This document shows, piece after piece, positions 34,010 through 43,150 of a DNA stretch of 64,000 bases (positions are counted from its first letter, which is position 1; the number at the start of each line of letters is the position of its first letter). Origin of the DNA: an uncultured Verrucomicrobiae bacterium (lineage in GTDB: Bacteria; Verrucomicrobiota; Verrucomicrobiia; Palsa-1439); NCBI GenBank assembly GCA_963817685.1, contig CAWFPN010000003.1, positions 401,772-465,771 of the forward strand, given 5' to 3'. A program made the translations under genes and the position numbers. The notes beneath the pieces are model-generated. The model was not told the DNA's origin. It searched no databases and saw nothing but the letters and a program-made list of their open reading frames with translations.

Positions 34010-35469
34010 TCGTTGTGCGGGATTTTGATGGTCGAGCCGCCGACGAATTCGCGCAGGACGGCATCGCCGGGGATGAGCCCGTGGTCGGCCACCTGTTCGC
34101 GGGTCAACCCTTCGACGGAATCCAGCAGGCATTTGACGCGCTGATAACGGATCTGGGCGTCGAGGAAGCCGCTGTACTGCGCCATTTCGCTGGGCTTGGG
34201 CAGGATGCCGCCGTCGGGGCCGGAGAAGAACGGTTTGAGCGCGGGCAGATCGAACGGCAGGCCGCCGTTGACGATGTGGTCGGCCAGGCCCATCAGCGGG
34301 ATGATGCTGAACAGTTCGCCGGTGCGCACGTAATGCCAGTGCACGATGGTCGACAGCGGGCTGTGGTTGCGGTGCTGCACGTCGCGCAACATGCGCCGCA
34401 TCAGCCGCACGTCGGTGAATTTCGTCAGGCGTTTGGTGCTGCCGTCGCCTTCGTAGAGGACGTTGAGCGTCTCGGTGTAGAGGCGGAATTGCGTCGTCGG
34501 ATCGATGTCCTCGGTGATCGGCGGATAAAACCCGTGCAGGCAATCCAGCAGCAGCACCTGGTCCTTTTCCAGCTTGACCGGTTTGGACCCGGCGCGGCGG
34601 CCTTCCTTGAAATCGTAGAGGGGTTTGTCGATGGTCTTGCCTTCGAGCAAGGCCTTGAGGTGCTGGTTGAGCAATTGGATGTCCAGCGCCTCGGGTGTTT
34701 CGAAATTGCGGTCGTTGATCCAGTCGGACGGATGCTCGACCAGCGACCAGAAGTAGTCGTCGAGATTGAGCATCAGGAACCGCAGGCCCTGTTTTTCCAG
34801 GCGCTGCGTCAGCTTGACGGTCGTGGTGGTTTTGCCGGAGGAACTCGGGCCGCTGATCCAGAGCATGCGGATATTGTCGCCGGCGTTCATGCGCGTGGCG
34901 ATTTTCCGGGCCGCTTCGTCGATCAACGCCTCGTACCCGGCCAGCGCTTCGTCGATCACCGGCTTAATCCGGCCGGAGCGCACCACTTCGTTCAGGCCGG
35001 CCACCGTGTCGCAGCCGTGGCGGCGGTTCCATTCCAGCGTTTTCTCCATGCGTTTGCGGGGGAAACCGTTGCCGACGAATTGGGTCTCGGTGATCGCGCC
35101 TTCACGGAGCCAATGGCGGCCCCAGCGGTAACATTCGTAGACGTCGGCGGTGCTCTGGAACCCGTAACTGCGCAGGATGTGGATCACCCGGTCCTGGATG
35201 GTCTCGATGGTCGGCGGGAAATTGGCGATCAGGTGCTGCGGCTCTGCGTTGAGGCAGATGACCACGGCCTCGGCGACGAATTCGGCGATCTTTTCGTCCG
35301 TGCCGTACGCCGCGAAAATCCTGTCGTTGACGCCTTCGAGGTAATCCAGCCGGAACCCGCCGATGGATTCCGCCGCGCGCAGGACGGCGCCGCGGATGTG
35401 GCCCTCGTCGAAATCGACCAGCGCCCGGTTGCGTTTCTGGATTTTGATGATGCGGTTTTGGACGGTCAT
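34006..35469 (-). CDS. ATP-cone domain fused to a uridine-kinase/phosphoribulokinase-family P-loop kinase.
   Basis: MTVQNRIIKIQKRNRALVDFDEGHIRGAV...YECYRWGR (ATP cone) followed by ...LWISGPSSSGKTTTTVKL... (Walker A) and ...VLLLDCLHGFYP... The start is at the internal M, 35469. Confidence 0.6.
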   Translation of the reverse strand: MTVQNRIIKIQKRNRALVDFDEGHIRGAVLRAAESIGGFRLDYLEGVNDRIFAAYGTDEKIAEFVAEAVVICLNAEPQHLIANFPPTIETIQDRVIHILRSYGFQSTADVYECYRWGRHWLREGAITETQFVGNGFPRKRMEKTLEWNRRHGCDTVAGLNEVVRSGRIKPVIDEALAGYEALIDEAARKIATRMNAGDNIRMLWISGPSSSGKTTTTVKLTQRLEKQGLRFLMLNLDDYFWSLVEHPSDWINDRNFETPEALDIQLLNQHLKALLEGKTIDKPLYDFKEGRRAGSKPVKLEKDQVLLLDCLHGFYPPITEDIDPTTQFRLYTETLNVLYEGDGSTKRLTKFTDVRLMRRMLRDVQHRNHSPLSTIVHWHYVRTGELFSIIPLMGLADHIVNGGLPFDLPALKPFFSGPDGGILPKPSEMAQYSGFLDAQIRYQRVKCLLDSVEGLTREQVADHGLIPGDAVLREFVGGSTIKIPHNE

Positions 35470-35598
35470 GCGTCGCCTTTCGCCTGCGAAAACCATAGCA
35501 TAGGGGTTGCGGCCCCGACAATAGCCTTGACGGGCCGTAACCGATTTGTTACCAGCCTGCGGGTCAGCGGGGGTCGCCCCCAAACACAGGAGGACGGG

Positions 35599-36246
35599 AT
35601 GAATAAAGTACGGAACTGCATCGCGGAAGCCATCGGCACATTTGCGCTCATCTTCATCGGCATCGGCGCCATCAAGGCCGCGCCGGACAATCTGCTGGCC
35701 ATCGCCTTCGCGCACGGCCTGACCATCGCGGTGTTCGTGTCGGCCACGATGAACATCTCCGGCGGCCATCTCAACCCGGCCGTGACCTTCGGCGCGCTGG
35801 TCGGCGGCAAAATCAGTTTGTCCGATGCCCTGCTCTACTGGGCCTCGCAACTGGGCGGCGCGACCATCGCCGCGTTCATCTGCCTCGGATTGTTCGGACG
35901 CGACGTCGTCGTGAACGGCACGCCGCAACTCGGCGGCGGCACCGGCCCGATGGCCGGGATCGTCATCGAAGCCATCGTGACGTTCTTCCTCGTGTTCGTC
36001 GTCTACGGCACGGGCATCGACTCGCGCGGCCCGAAAATCGGCGGCCTGGCCATCGGCTTGACCATCACGCTGGGCATTTTGTTCGCCGGCCCGCTGACCG
36101 GCGGCGCGATCAACCCCGCCCGCGTGTTCGGCCCCGCGCTGGCCGTCAGCTTCTGGGCCAACCACTACGTCTATTGGATCGGCCCGATGGCAGGCGGCGG
36201 CCTGGCGGGATTTGTGTACAACACGTTTTTGCTGAAGAAAGATTAG
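35599..36246 (+). CDS. aqpZ: Aquaporin Z (MIP family).
   Basis: RBS AGGAGG. Two NPA motifs (HLNPAVT and NPARVFGP). ...SGGHLNPAVTFG... 215 aa. Confidence 0.85.
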   Translation: MNKVRNCIAEAIGTFALIFIGIGAIKAAPDNLLAIAFAHGLTIAVFVSATMNISGGHLNPAVTFGALVGGKISLSDALLYWASQLGGATIAAFICLGLFGRDVVVNGTPQLGGGTGPMAGIVIEAIVTFFLVFVVYGTGIDSRGPKIGGLAIGLTITLGILFAGPLTGGAINPARVFGPALAVSFWANHYVYWIGPMAGGGLAGFVYNTFLLKKD

Positions 36247-37412
36247 GGCAACAAGCTCGCCACCGGCGTCGGCGCGGCTTTCATGTGCTCGAGCTGATCG
36301 CTGGCCTGCTGGATCTTTGATGCCAACGCGGCCATCTGGCGGGTGAGCGCCTCGATCTGTTTTTGCTGTTCGCTGATCAGGCGGTCCTGTTCTTGCACCT
36401 GCCGGTGTTGCTTGAGGAATTCATTGAGCAGCATCGCGTTGACGGCCTCATAACGAACACTGAAGACCTGCCCCTGGGCGTCGCGCACAACGAGGTCCGG
36501 GTCCACCTTCGCCACATCTTCGGCCACCAATCCGAATTGCGGGACGCCTTCGGGATCAAGTTCTGGTTTGTAACGGAATTTCACCGGCTGCAGCGCGAGG
36601 ATCACTTCACTATCACTGCCCATGCTCTGGATGGCATCCTTGAACCGCCTGGACGAAGGCGGTGCGCCGAGTTGCCCATTTTTGTTAATCACAACCGTAC
36701 GTCCTATAACCGGTGTCCCAAATATCCCTGCTACGTAGGTGAACTTCTGCAATTCCTCAACCCCGATGTGGATCGTGTAGTCATCACTGGCCTTACCAGG
36801 ATTGCCAATTTCGATGTTGTTGTTGCCCTGCTTTAAGTTGCAACCGGCGGAATAACCAAGCGCGATGTTGTTAGCACCCGTCGTGTTGGAACCAAGCGCC
36901 AACTTCCCGGCGGCGGTGTTGGCGAAACCGGACGTGTTGGCGCTGAGCGCCCACATGCCGTCGCCCGTGTTGTCGTAGCCCGTAATGTTGTTCTGGAGCG
37001 CATAGCAGCCGTTGGCTGTATTGTTTGAACCGCCAGTGTTTGAATTGAGCGCCGATTTGCCGTTGGCTGTGTTGTAGGCACCGCAGGTGTTGTATGCGAG
37101 CGCAAGCTGGCCGTTGGCCGTATTGAAGCCACCGCTGGTGTCGGATTGAAGCGACTCTTGGCCGATGGCCGTGTTGGCACCGCCCGTCATAGTGAAATTC
37201 CCAGCATTCAGTCCAACAAACGTGTTTCCGATATAGCCATGAAGAAAGGGGGATCCCCCGATGGAAATCACTCCATCCCCGCTCGCGTCCGTTAGCGGCA
37301 GGCAAAGGTTGTTCTGCGTAAAGCAGGCGCTGAGGACGGCCACAGGCAGGGACGCCTGCGCCGCCAGCAGCAGGAGCACGACGGGGACAAGGGTGAGGAA
37401 TCTGGTCTTCAT
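36243..37412 (-). CDS. Secreted tail-fibre-like repeat protein with a C-terminal intramolecular chaperone (peptidase S74-like) domain.
   Basis: Signal peptide. Repeated GxxNTAxGxxAL head-like repeats. C-terminal ...SSRRFKDAIQSMGSDSEVILALQPVKFRYK... matches the endosialidase/tail-spike chaperone domain, followed by a coiled coil. Confidence 0.55.
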   Translation of the reverse strand: MKTRFLTLVPVVLLLLAAQASLPVAVLSACFTQNNLCLPLTDASGDGVISIGGSPFLHGYIGNTFVGLNAGNFTMTGGANTAIGQESLQSDTSGGFNTANGQLALAYNTCGAYNTANGKSALNSNTGGSNNTANGCYALQNNITGYDNTGDGMWALSANTSGFANTAAGKLALGSNTTGANNIALGYSAGCNLKQGNNNIEIGNPGKASDDYTIHIGVEELQKFTYVAGIFGTPVIGRTVVINKNGQLGAPPSSRRFKDAIQSMGSDSEVILALQPVKFRYKPELDPEGVPQFGLVAEDVAKVDPDLVVRDAQGQVFSVRYEAVNAMLLNEFLKQHRQVQEQDRLISEQQKQIEALTRQMAALASKIQQASDQLEHMKAAPTPVASLLP

Positions 37413-37656
37413 GATGGTTCTCCCAAGGGATGGTTGATGGTTGGCAACGGCGCAGGGGTGGCGTTGCGTCTGGACAGAACGAGATACAGTGCGCCCCGCG
37501 CGATGACTTGAGCCTTAATTTGCCTGCGACCGGCTGGAGGGACACGAATAAGGTGGAAACGCGACGAGGCGTCCTCTGCTTCGCTTCTCCAACTCGATGG
37601 GAAGTGAAACAAATAACGGCACTAATATCAATCTAATTTGGATTGGTAAGTCAACG

Positions 37657-40433
37657 CTACGCCCCGGGCGGCTTCTCCCCGAACAGATACATCTGCGGCG
37701 GCGGCTCGTTGACGGTGGGCTGGCCTTTGCCGCCGGCCGCTTTGCCTTTGGTCCGGGCCAGCTTGGGTTTGCCTTCGGCGGAAAGTTCGGCTTCTTCGAG
37801 GTTGGCCAATACTTCCTTGGCGCGTGCGAGGACTTCCTTCGGCAGGCCGGCCAGGCGGGCGACCTGGATGCCGTAACTCTTGTCGGTGCCGCCGGGGAGA
37901 ATCTTGTGGAGGAAAATCACCTGGTCGTGCCATTCGCGGACAGCGACGTTATAGTTTTTCACGCGCGGCAACGTCGCGGCCAGTTCGGTCAGTTCGTGGT
38001 AGTGCGTCGCGAACAGTGTCTTCGCGCCGACGCGTTGTGCAGAATGCTCGGCGACTGCCCACGCGATGCTCAACCCGTCGAACGTGCTCGTGCCGCGGCC
38101 GATTTCGTCGAGCACGATCGAGGCTCTTCGGCGTGGCGTTGTTGAGGATGTTCGCGGTCTCGTTCATCTCGACCATGAACGTGCTCTGCCCGCGCGCCAG
38201 ATCGTCGTTCGCGCCGACCCGCGTGAAAATCCGGTCCACCAACCCGACCGTCGCCCGCGCGGCGGGAATGTACGAGCCGATCTGCGCCATCAACACCAGC
38301 AGCGCCACCTGCCGGATGTAGGTGCTCTTGCCCGCCATGTTCGGGCCGGTGATGATGAGGATCTGTGCTCGCCGGTTGTCGAGCAGACGTGTCGTTCGGC
38401 ACAAACCGCTCTTCGACCAGCGTCTGCTCCAGCACCGGATGCCGGCCATCGACGAATCTCGATCCGGTCGCCGTCGTTGACGCAGGCCGGCAATAATTCT
38501 GGTGCCGCGCCAGCTCCGCCAAACCCGCCAACACGTCCAGCGTGGCGATGCGCGGAAGCCGGTTCCTGGATCGAGTGCCGATTGTCTCCACCGCTGCGGC
38601 GCGGATCTGCTGGAAGATTTCGTACTCCGAGCGCGTTGGCCCGTTCCTCCGCGCCGAGAATCTTGTGCTCCATCTCCTTCAACTCCGGCGTGAAGAACCG
38701 CTCGCCGTTGGCGATGGTCTGTTTGCGGATGTAATCGGCGGGCACCTTCTCGAGATTCGTCTTCGTGACCTCGATGTAGTAACCGAACACGGAATTGAAT
38801 CGCACTTTCAGCGACGGCGATGCCCGTGCGTTCGATTTCCTTCTGCTGCAAGCGCGGCGATCCACTGCCTTGCCCTCGCGTCGCGGCGCGGCGCAATTCG
38901 TCCAGCGCCGCGTGATGGCCGGGCTTGATCAGGCCGCCTTCCTTCAACGCCAGCGGCGGCGCGTCCACGATGGCGCGCGCGATCAGCGTCTGCAAGTTCG
39001 GGCAGCTCGGTGATTTGGCGCGGCCAGTTCCTCCAGCAACGCGCAGCCGACGGCAACACCGGCCAGCGGTCTTTTTCAAGTGCGGCAACGCGGCCAGCGA
39101 TTCCTTTAACGCCACCAGGTCGCGCGCGTTGCCGGTGCCGACGCTGAGCCGGCCCAGGGTGCGTTCCATGTCGCGCACGCCGCGCAACTGCTTCGCGAAA
39201 ATCGGCCAGCGACGTGCGGATCGTCGCAGAAGCGCGCGATCACGTCCTGGCGGGCGGCGATGGGCGCGGCGTTTTTCAGCGGATGCGTCAGCCACTCGCG
39301 CAGCAACCGCGCCCCCATCGGCGTGAGTGTGCGGTCGAGGCAGCCGACAAGCGTGTGCGCGCGGTCCGAGCGCGGCGATTCGAGCAACTCGAGGTTGCGC
39401 TGCGTGACGGCGTCGAGCACCATGAAATCGGTGACGGTGTAAACGCCGAGCCGGTGGATGTGGGCGGTGTTGCGGCGCAGGGTTTGTTGCAGGTAATGCA
39501 AGGCCGCGCCAGCCGCGCCGACGCCCGTGGTCAGCCCGCCCGCGCCGAACCCGTCCAGCGATTGCGTCTTGAAATGATCGCGCAACGTGAAGAAGGCGGT
39601 CTCGCGTTCGAACGTCCAGCCGTCGTGCGACGTCAGCGCCGTGAAGTGAAGAAGGGCTTTGGCCTGGTCGAGCCATTCGGCGGGCACGATGATTTCGGAG
39701 GGCTGCACGCGCGTCAGTTCGTTCTGCAATTGCTCGAGCGTGTCGAGTTCGGTCACTTTGAAATCGCCTGTTGTCAGGTCAATTAAGGCCAGGCCAAAAC
39801 CGTCCGATGGAGTAGTTCCATCGCCCGCCGGACAAATGGACGCGAGGAAATTATTTCGCCCGGCATTGAGGATGTGCGCGTCGAAATGCGTGCCGGGACT
39901 GAGGATTTGGGTGACATCGCGCTCGACGAGTTTGCCGGGCACGGCTTCTTCAAGCTGGTCGCAGATGCGCGACTTTGCGGCCGTGCCCGCAGGAGTTTGC
40001 CGATGTAGCTTTCGGCGGCGTGGTGCGGGATGCCGCACATCGGCACGCCGTTGCGGCGCGTCAGGGCAAGGTTGAGCAATTGCGAGGCGGCCTTGGCGTC
40101 GTCGAAGAACATCTCGTAGAAATCGCCGAGCCGGAACAGCAACAGCGCATCGGGCGGAATCTGGTTTTTGACCCGCCGATACTGTTGCATCATGGGCGTC
40201 AGGCCATCGGATTTCTTCTGGGACTTGCCACTCGCCATCGCGGAGGGGATTATAGCGGCCGGGACGGGGCGGTCACGCCCTAAAACACGTTGGCCGAGTT
40301 TCCACACGTTGGGAAACCCGGCCCCGCGTTTACGACTTCGATCACTTCGTCGGTTCGTTGCCGATCGTTCAACAACTACTGGGACATCGCGATCTTCGTA
40401 ATCTCCGTGCGAGAGCCGCAGATCGTTCCGCAA
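37657..40433 (-). pseudogene. mutS: DNA mismatch repair protein MutS, disrupted by at least five frameshifts.
   Basis: MutS motifs are spread over several minus-strand frames. These are [24 protein letters not shown]...FYEMFFDDA (N-terminus, 39783..40433), ...ICDQLE...[11 protein letters not shown]... (39106..40038), ...[23 protein letters not shown]...[21 protein letters not shown] (third frame) and [23 protein letters not shown]...ATHYHELT (37657..38115). One junction was examined by hand (a 1-nt insertion at about 38120-38125: ...KSL-DRARRN versus the expected ...[11 protein letters not shown]). Confidence 0.7.
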
Positions 40434-40996
40434 CTTCTACACGGCGGGGCTTCCTCCTTGGATCATCAGGCATCCCCCATCCTGACGGATATTCTACTTA
40501 GCATCAGCCTTGCCAACGTTGGAAGTGCCTGCAATGCCGTGTAGTTGGATGGGGAGTTACACGAATGGCCGCTGACGCCGCCCGGATTTGGCCGCCTGAG
40601 GACACAAAAGTGTCCACGAATTGCACGAATAAGCCGAGCAAGCGGGAGCGAGCGAGTGCAAACACGAAGAACACGAAGAGCCGGAAATAATTATCCACGG
40701 ATTACACCGATGCCACGGATTTTTTGGAATCACGACAACGATCCGCGTCCTATGGTGTCACCCCGAGCTTGTCGAGGGGTCTCTTCCGTGCCGTACGGAA
40801 CGACAGAGATGCCTCGACAAGCTCGGCATGACAAAATGATGTGAGGTCTCAGTTTGAAGCTCAGACCTTTTACACTGCGGTTCATCGCATTCAATTCTGG
40901 TGTGATCGACTTCCGAAGGAATGATCGTGTCAATACTTGGGACTGCCCCCTTTAGACCCCTTTACTTTTCTCCAAATAACCCACCAGCATTGGCTG

Positions 40997-41281
40997 TCAG
41001 GCGTTGGAACGTCTTGACGCGGAGCGGGCTAATAAATAACTGGCTATGTAAAGCATCCCCGGTATCGCTAATGCCGAAACGAACCAATGCAATCGTTTCA
41101 AGGATATCATTAGCACGAAAAACAAGCACCAACCGACGAGGGAAACACATCCTCCGGCAAGTTCCCAACGCCAGCCGAGAAGAATCCCTATCAAAATCAG
41201 GGCTAAAGCGGCGAAACCCAACTGAATAATCCCTGACTGCGTAAAAAGATTCGGCATCCCTTCGCCAATCCCGATAGCCAC
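40997..41281 (-). CDS. Hypothetical small membrane protein (94 aa, 2-3 TM helices).
   Basis: MAIGIGEGMPNLFTQSGIIQLGFAALALILIGILLGWRWELAGGCVSLVGWCLFFVLMISL... Hydrophobic. Lower-GC region. Confidence 0.35.
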   Translation of the reverse strand: MAIGIGEGMPNLFTQSGIIQLGFAALALILIGILLGWRWELAGGCVSLVGWCLFFVLMISLKRLHWFVSALAIPGMLYIASYLLARSASRRSNA

Positions 41282-41515
41282 AACTACAGCGACAGAGCAA
41301 TGTGCCGATGATTCGTCCCGTCCAACGACAGACGGTTGCGGGCAACAATGCTTTGTCTCTCGTGTTCACATCCCCCGTTCCTCTCCCAGCCGTCGCCTCG
41401 CTGAATCAGAACCCGATCGACTCTCGCCAATTCAACACTCAGGCTACCCTTCCGCTCATGGCAAATCGAGCCAAATCCAACCCCGCCCGCATCCCGCCGC
41501 CGTAGCCCCCGCCCC

Positions 41516-41690
41516 AAAAAGGGGTCAGTCCCAAGTATTGACACAACACATCCGATGAAACCGGGCGCTGGAGTCAGCAATTCCTCGCGGCGGGGATGAT
41601 ATATCGCGGCGCGATATATCGCGTCCAGATCAGGCACGGAACGGAGGCGAAGCGGACGGCTGGGCCGGCCATTCCTACCAACGACCCGCC
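41516..41690. repeat. ~175-bp direct repeat (copy A) upstream of the OMP gene, with an internal perfect 22-bp palindrome.
   Basis: ...GGGGTCAGTCCCAAGTATTGACACAACACATCCGATGAAAC...TTCCTCGCGGCGGGGATGATATATCGCGGCGCGATATATCGCG...CTACCAACGAC, about 90% identical to 42716-42890. A partial inverted copy lies at 40921-40950. Confidence 0.75.
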
Positions 41691-41807
41691 TTCGCCGAGG
41701 CTTCCGCCTACGCCAAGGCTACGGCGGACACGACGGCGGACAGGGCGGCGACGACTGATGAAATTAGGGATTGAAACGGACGGGACGTTTTAAATACATT
41801 CCCAATC

Positions 41808-42665
41808 ATGAAGCCATCCCTTCTTGCAGTGATCGCTTGTCTCACGCTCCCGCTGGCGGCTTTGGCCGCAGAATCCGAAGGGGGTTACAATCATACACTT
41901 TTCAATCCGGTGCCGACGGACCAGATGCGGCCATTGACCTCGGAGACCTACGATGGCGTGATGGATGCCCGCACCTTGGATGCCGGTCATTATCAGGTGG
42001 AAGGCGAATTCATCAATTACTACTATAGTTCCCCGGTCCCTTTCAACTATGATCGAGACGAATACGCTTGGGAACCGCGCATTACAGTGGGATTGCTGAA
42101 CAATCTCGATTTGTATGTTCGTCCGTCGTTCGAGATACGGAGGCATTATAACGAGAGCAGCTCCAGTGAGTTTGGACACATCAACACCGGAGTGAAACTC
42201 AATCTCCTCGGTGACGATAGCGGGATGTTTGCCGTGGCGGTTAAGCCTTATGTCTCCATTCCCACGAGTCGCGGCGATGGGTTTGGGGGCGGCGGCGTGT
42301 TGGGAGGTGGCGACGTGGCGCTGCTGGTGCGTTTGCCCTGGGAACTGTCGGTGAAGGTCGATTCGGAAGTTTACGCGACCGTGAACCAAAACGACGCGCA
42401 TTTCATCGGTTTTTACAATGCCGCGAGCATCAATAAAACACTTTGTTCCAAGGCCGACGCGTACGCGTATGCGGATTCCACCGTCACCACCGACCCAAGC
42501 CAAACATGGTATGGCTTCGCCGGCTTGGGATTGAAATACAATTTCACCAGCAACCTGCAAGCGTTCGCGGGGATGGGATTCGGCTGGACTGCACCGAATT
42601 GGGTGTCGGGAGAAACCCGCGCGTTTGATTACAACCCGCGCGCCGGCTTTATCTGGCGGTTTTAA
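41808..42665 (+). CDS. Outer-membrane beta-barrel protein (MetA-pathway/transporter-like OMP family).
   Basis: Signal peptide MKPSLLAVIACLTLPLAALAAESEGG. Alternating amphipathic beta-strands. The C-terminus ends ...GFIWRF (terminal aromatic residue, an OMP signature). Lower GC than the surroundings. Confidence 0.55.
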   Translation: MKPSLLAVIACLTLPLAALAAESEGGYNHTLFNPVPTDQMRPLTSETYDGVMDARTLDAGHYQVEGEFINYYYSSPVPFNYDRDEYAWEPRITVGLLNNLDLYVRPSFEIRRHYNESSSSEFGHINTGVKLNLLGDDSGMFAVAVKPYVSIPTSRGDGFGGGGVLGGGDVALLVRLPWELSVKVDSEVYATVNQNDAHFIGFYNAASINKTLCSKADAYAYADSTVTTDPSQTWYGFAGLGLKYNFTSNLQAFAGMGFGWTAPNWVSGETRAFDYNPRAGFIWRF

Positions 42666-42715
42666 GGGCTTCCACCTTCGCCAATCCGCCTTCGTTAAAA
42701 CTTCGGCGGACGGGG

Positions 42716-42890
42716 AAAAGGGGTCAGTCCCAAGTATTGACACAACACATCCGATGAAACGTGGCGTTGGTGGTCAGCGATTCCTCGCGGCGGGGATGAT
42801 ATATCGCGGCGCGATATATCGCGTCCGGATCGGGCGCGGACCGGGTACGAAGCGGACGGCTGGGCCAGCCGTCCCTACCAACGACAGGAG
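42716..42890. repeat. ~175-bp direct repeat (copy B) downstream of the OMP gene.
   Basis: See copy A. Confidence 0.75.
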
Positions 42891-43082
42891 CGCCGGGTGA
42901 GGTTTGCCGCAGAGACACCCCTGCGGCGTCTTCGCATCGCTTCGGCTCCCGGCCTACAACGAAAGACGGACGGCACGACAGAGATCCCTCGACACGCTCG
43001 GGATGACGACGTAAAGGCCGGACTTTGCGTTTTCCGGCGGAACGGCGCGGCTCGGCTGGAGCCTCGCCCTCCCCCGTCTGCT

Positions 43083-43150
43083 CTAGCCACTAGCCACCTT
43101 GTCCGCCGAAGGCCCTGCGAAGGTGGACAGCCACTCGCCACTACACCGGT
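43083..43150. repeat. REP family B copy.
   Basis: TAGCCACTAGCCACCTTGTCCGCCGAAGGCCCTGCGAAGGTGGACAGCCACTCGCCACTACACC. Confidence 0.55.

Noticed and set aside
34010-34543. N-terminal extension of minus ORF 33722..34543
   Set aside because: Arg-rich, overlaps the kinase gene in another frame. Only the C-terminal DUF167 part (from GTG 34009) is credible.
34015-35598. N-terminal 530 aa of the 743-aa plus ORF 34015..36246
   Set aside because: Antisense to the ATP-cone/kinase gene. Only the C-terminal 215 aa (aquaporin Z, starting at the RBS-preceded ATG 35599) are real.
41596-42900. ORFs 41596..41793 and 42625..42900 (MIYRGAIYRV...)
   Set aside because: They translate the 175-bp direct repeats, including the palindrome. 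Repeat artefacts.
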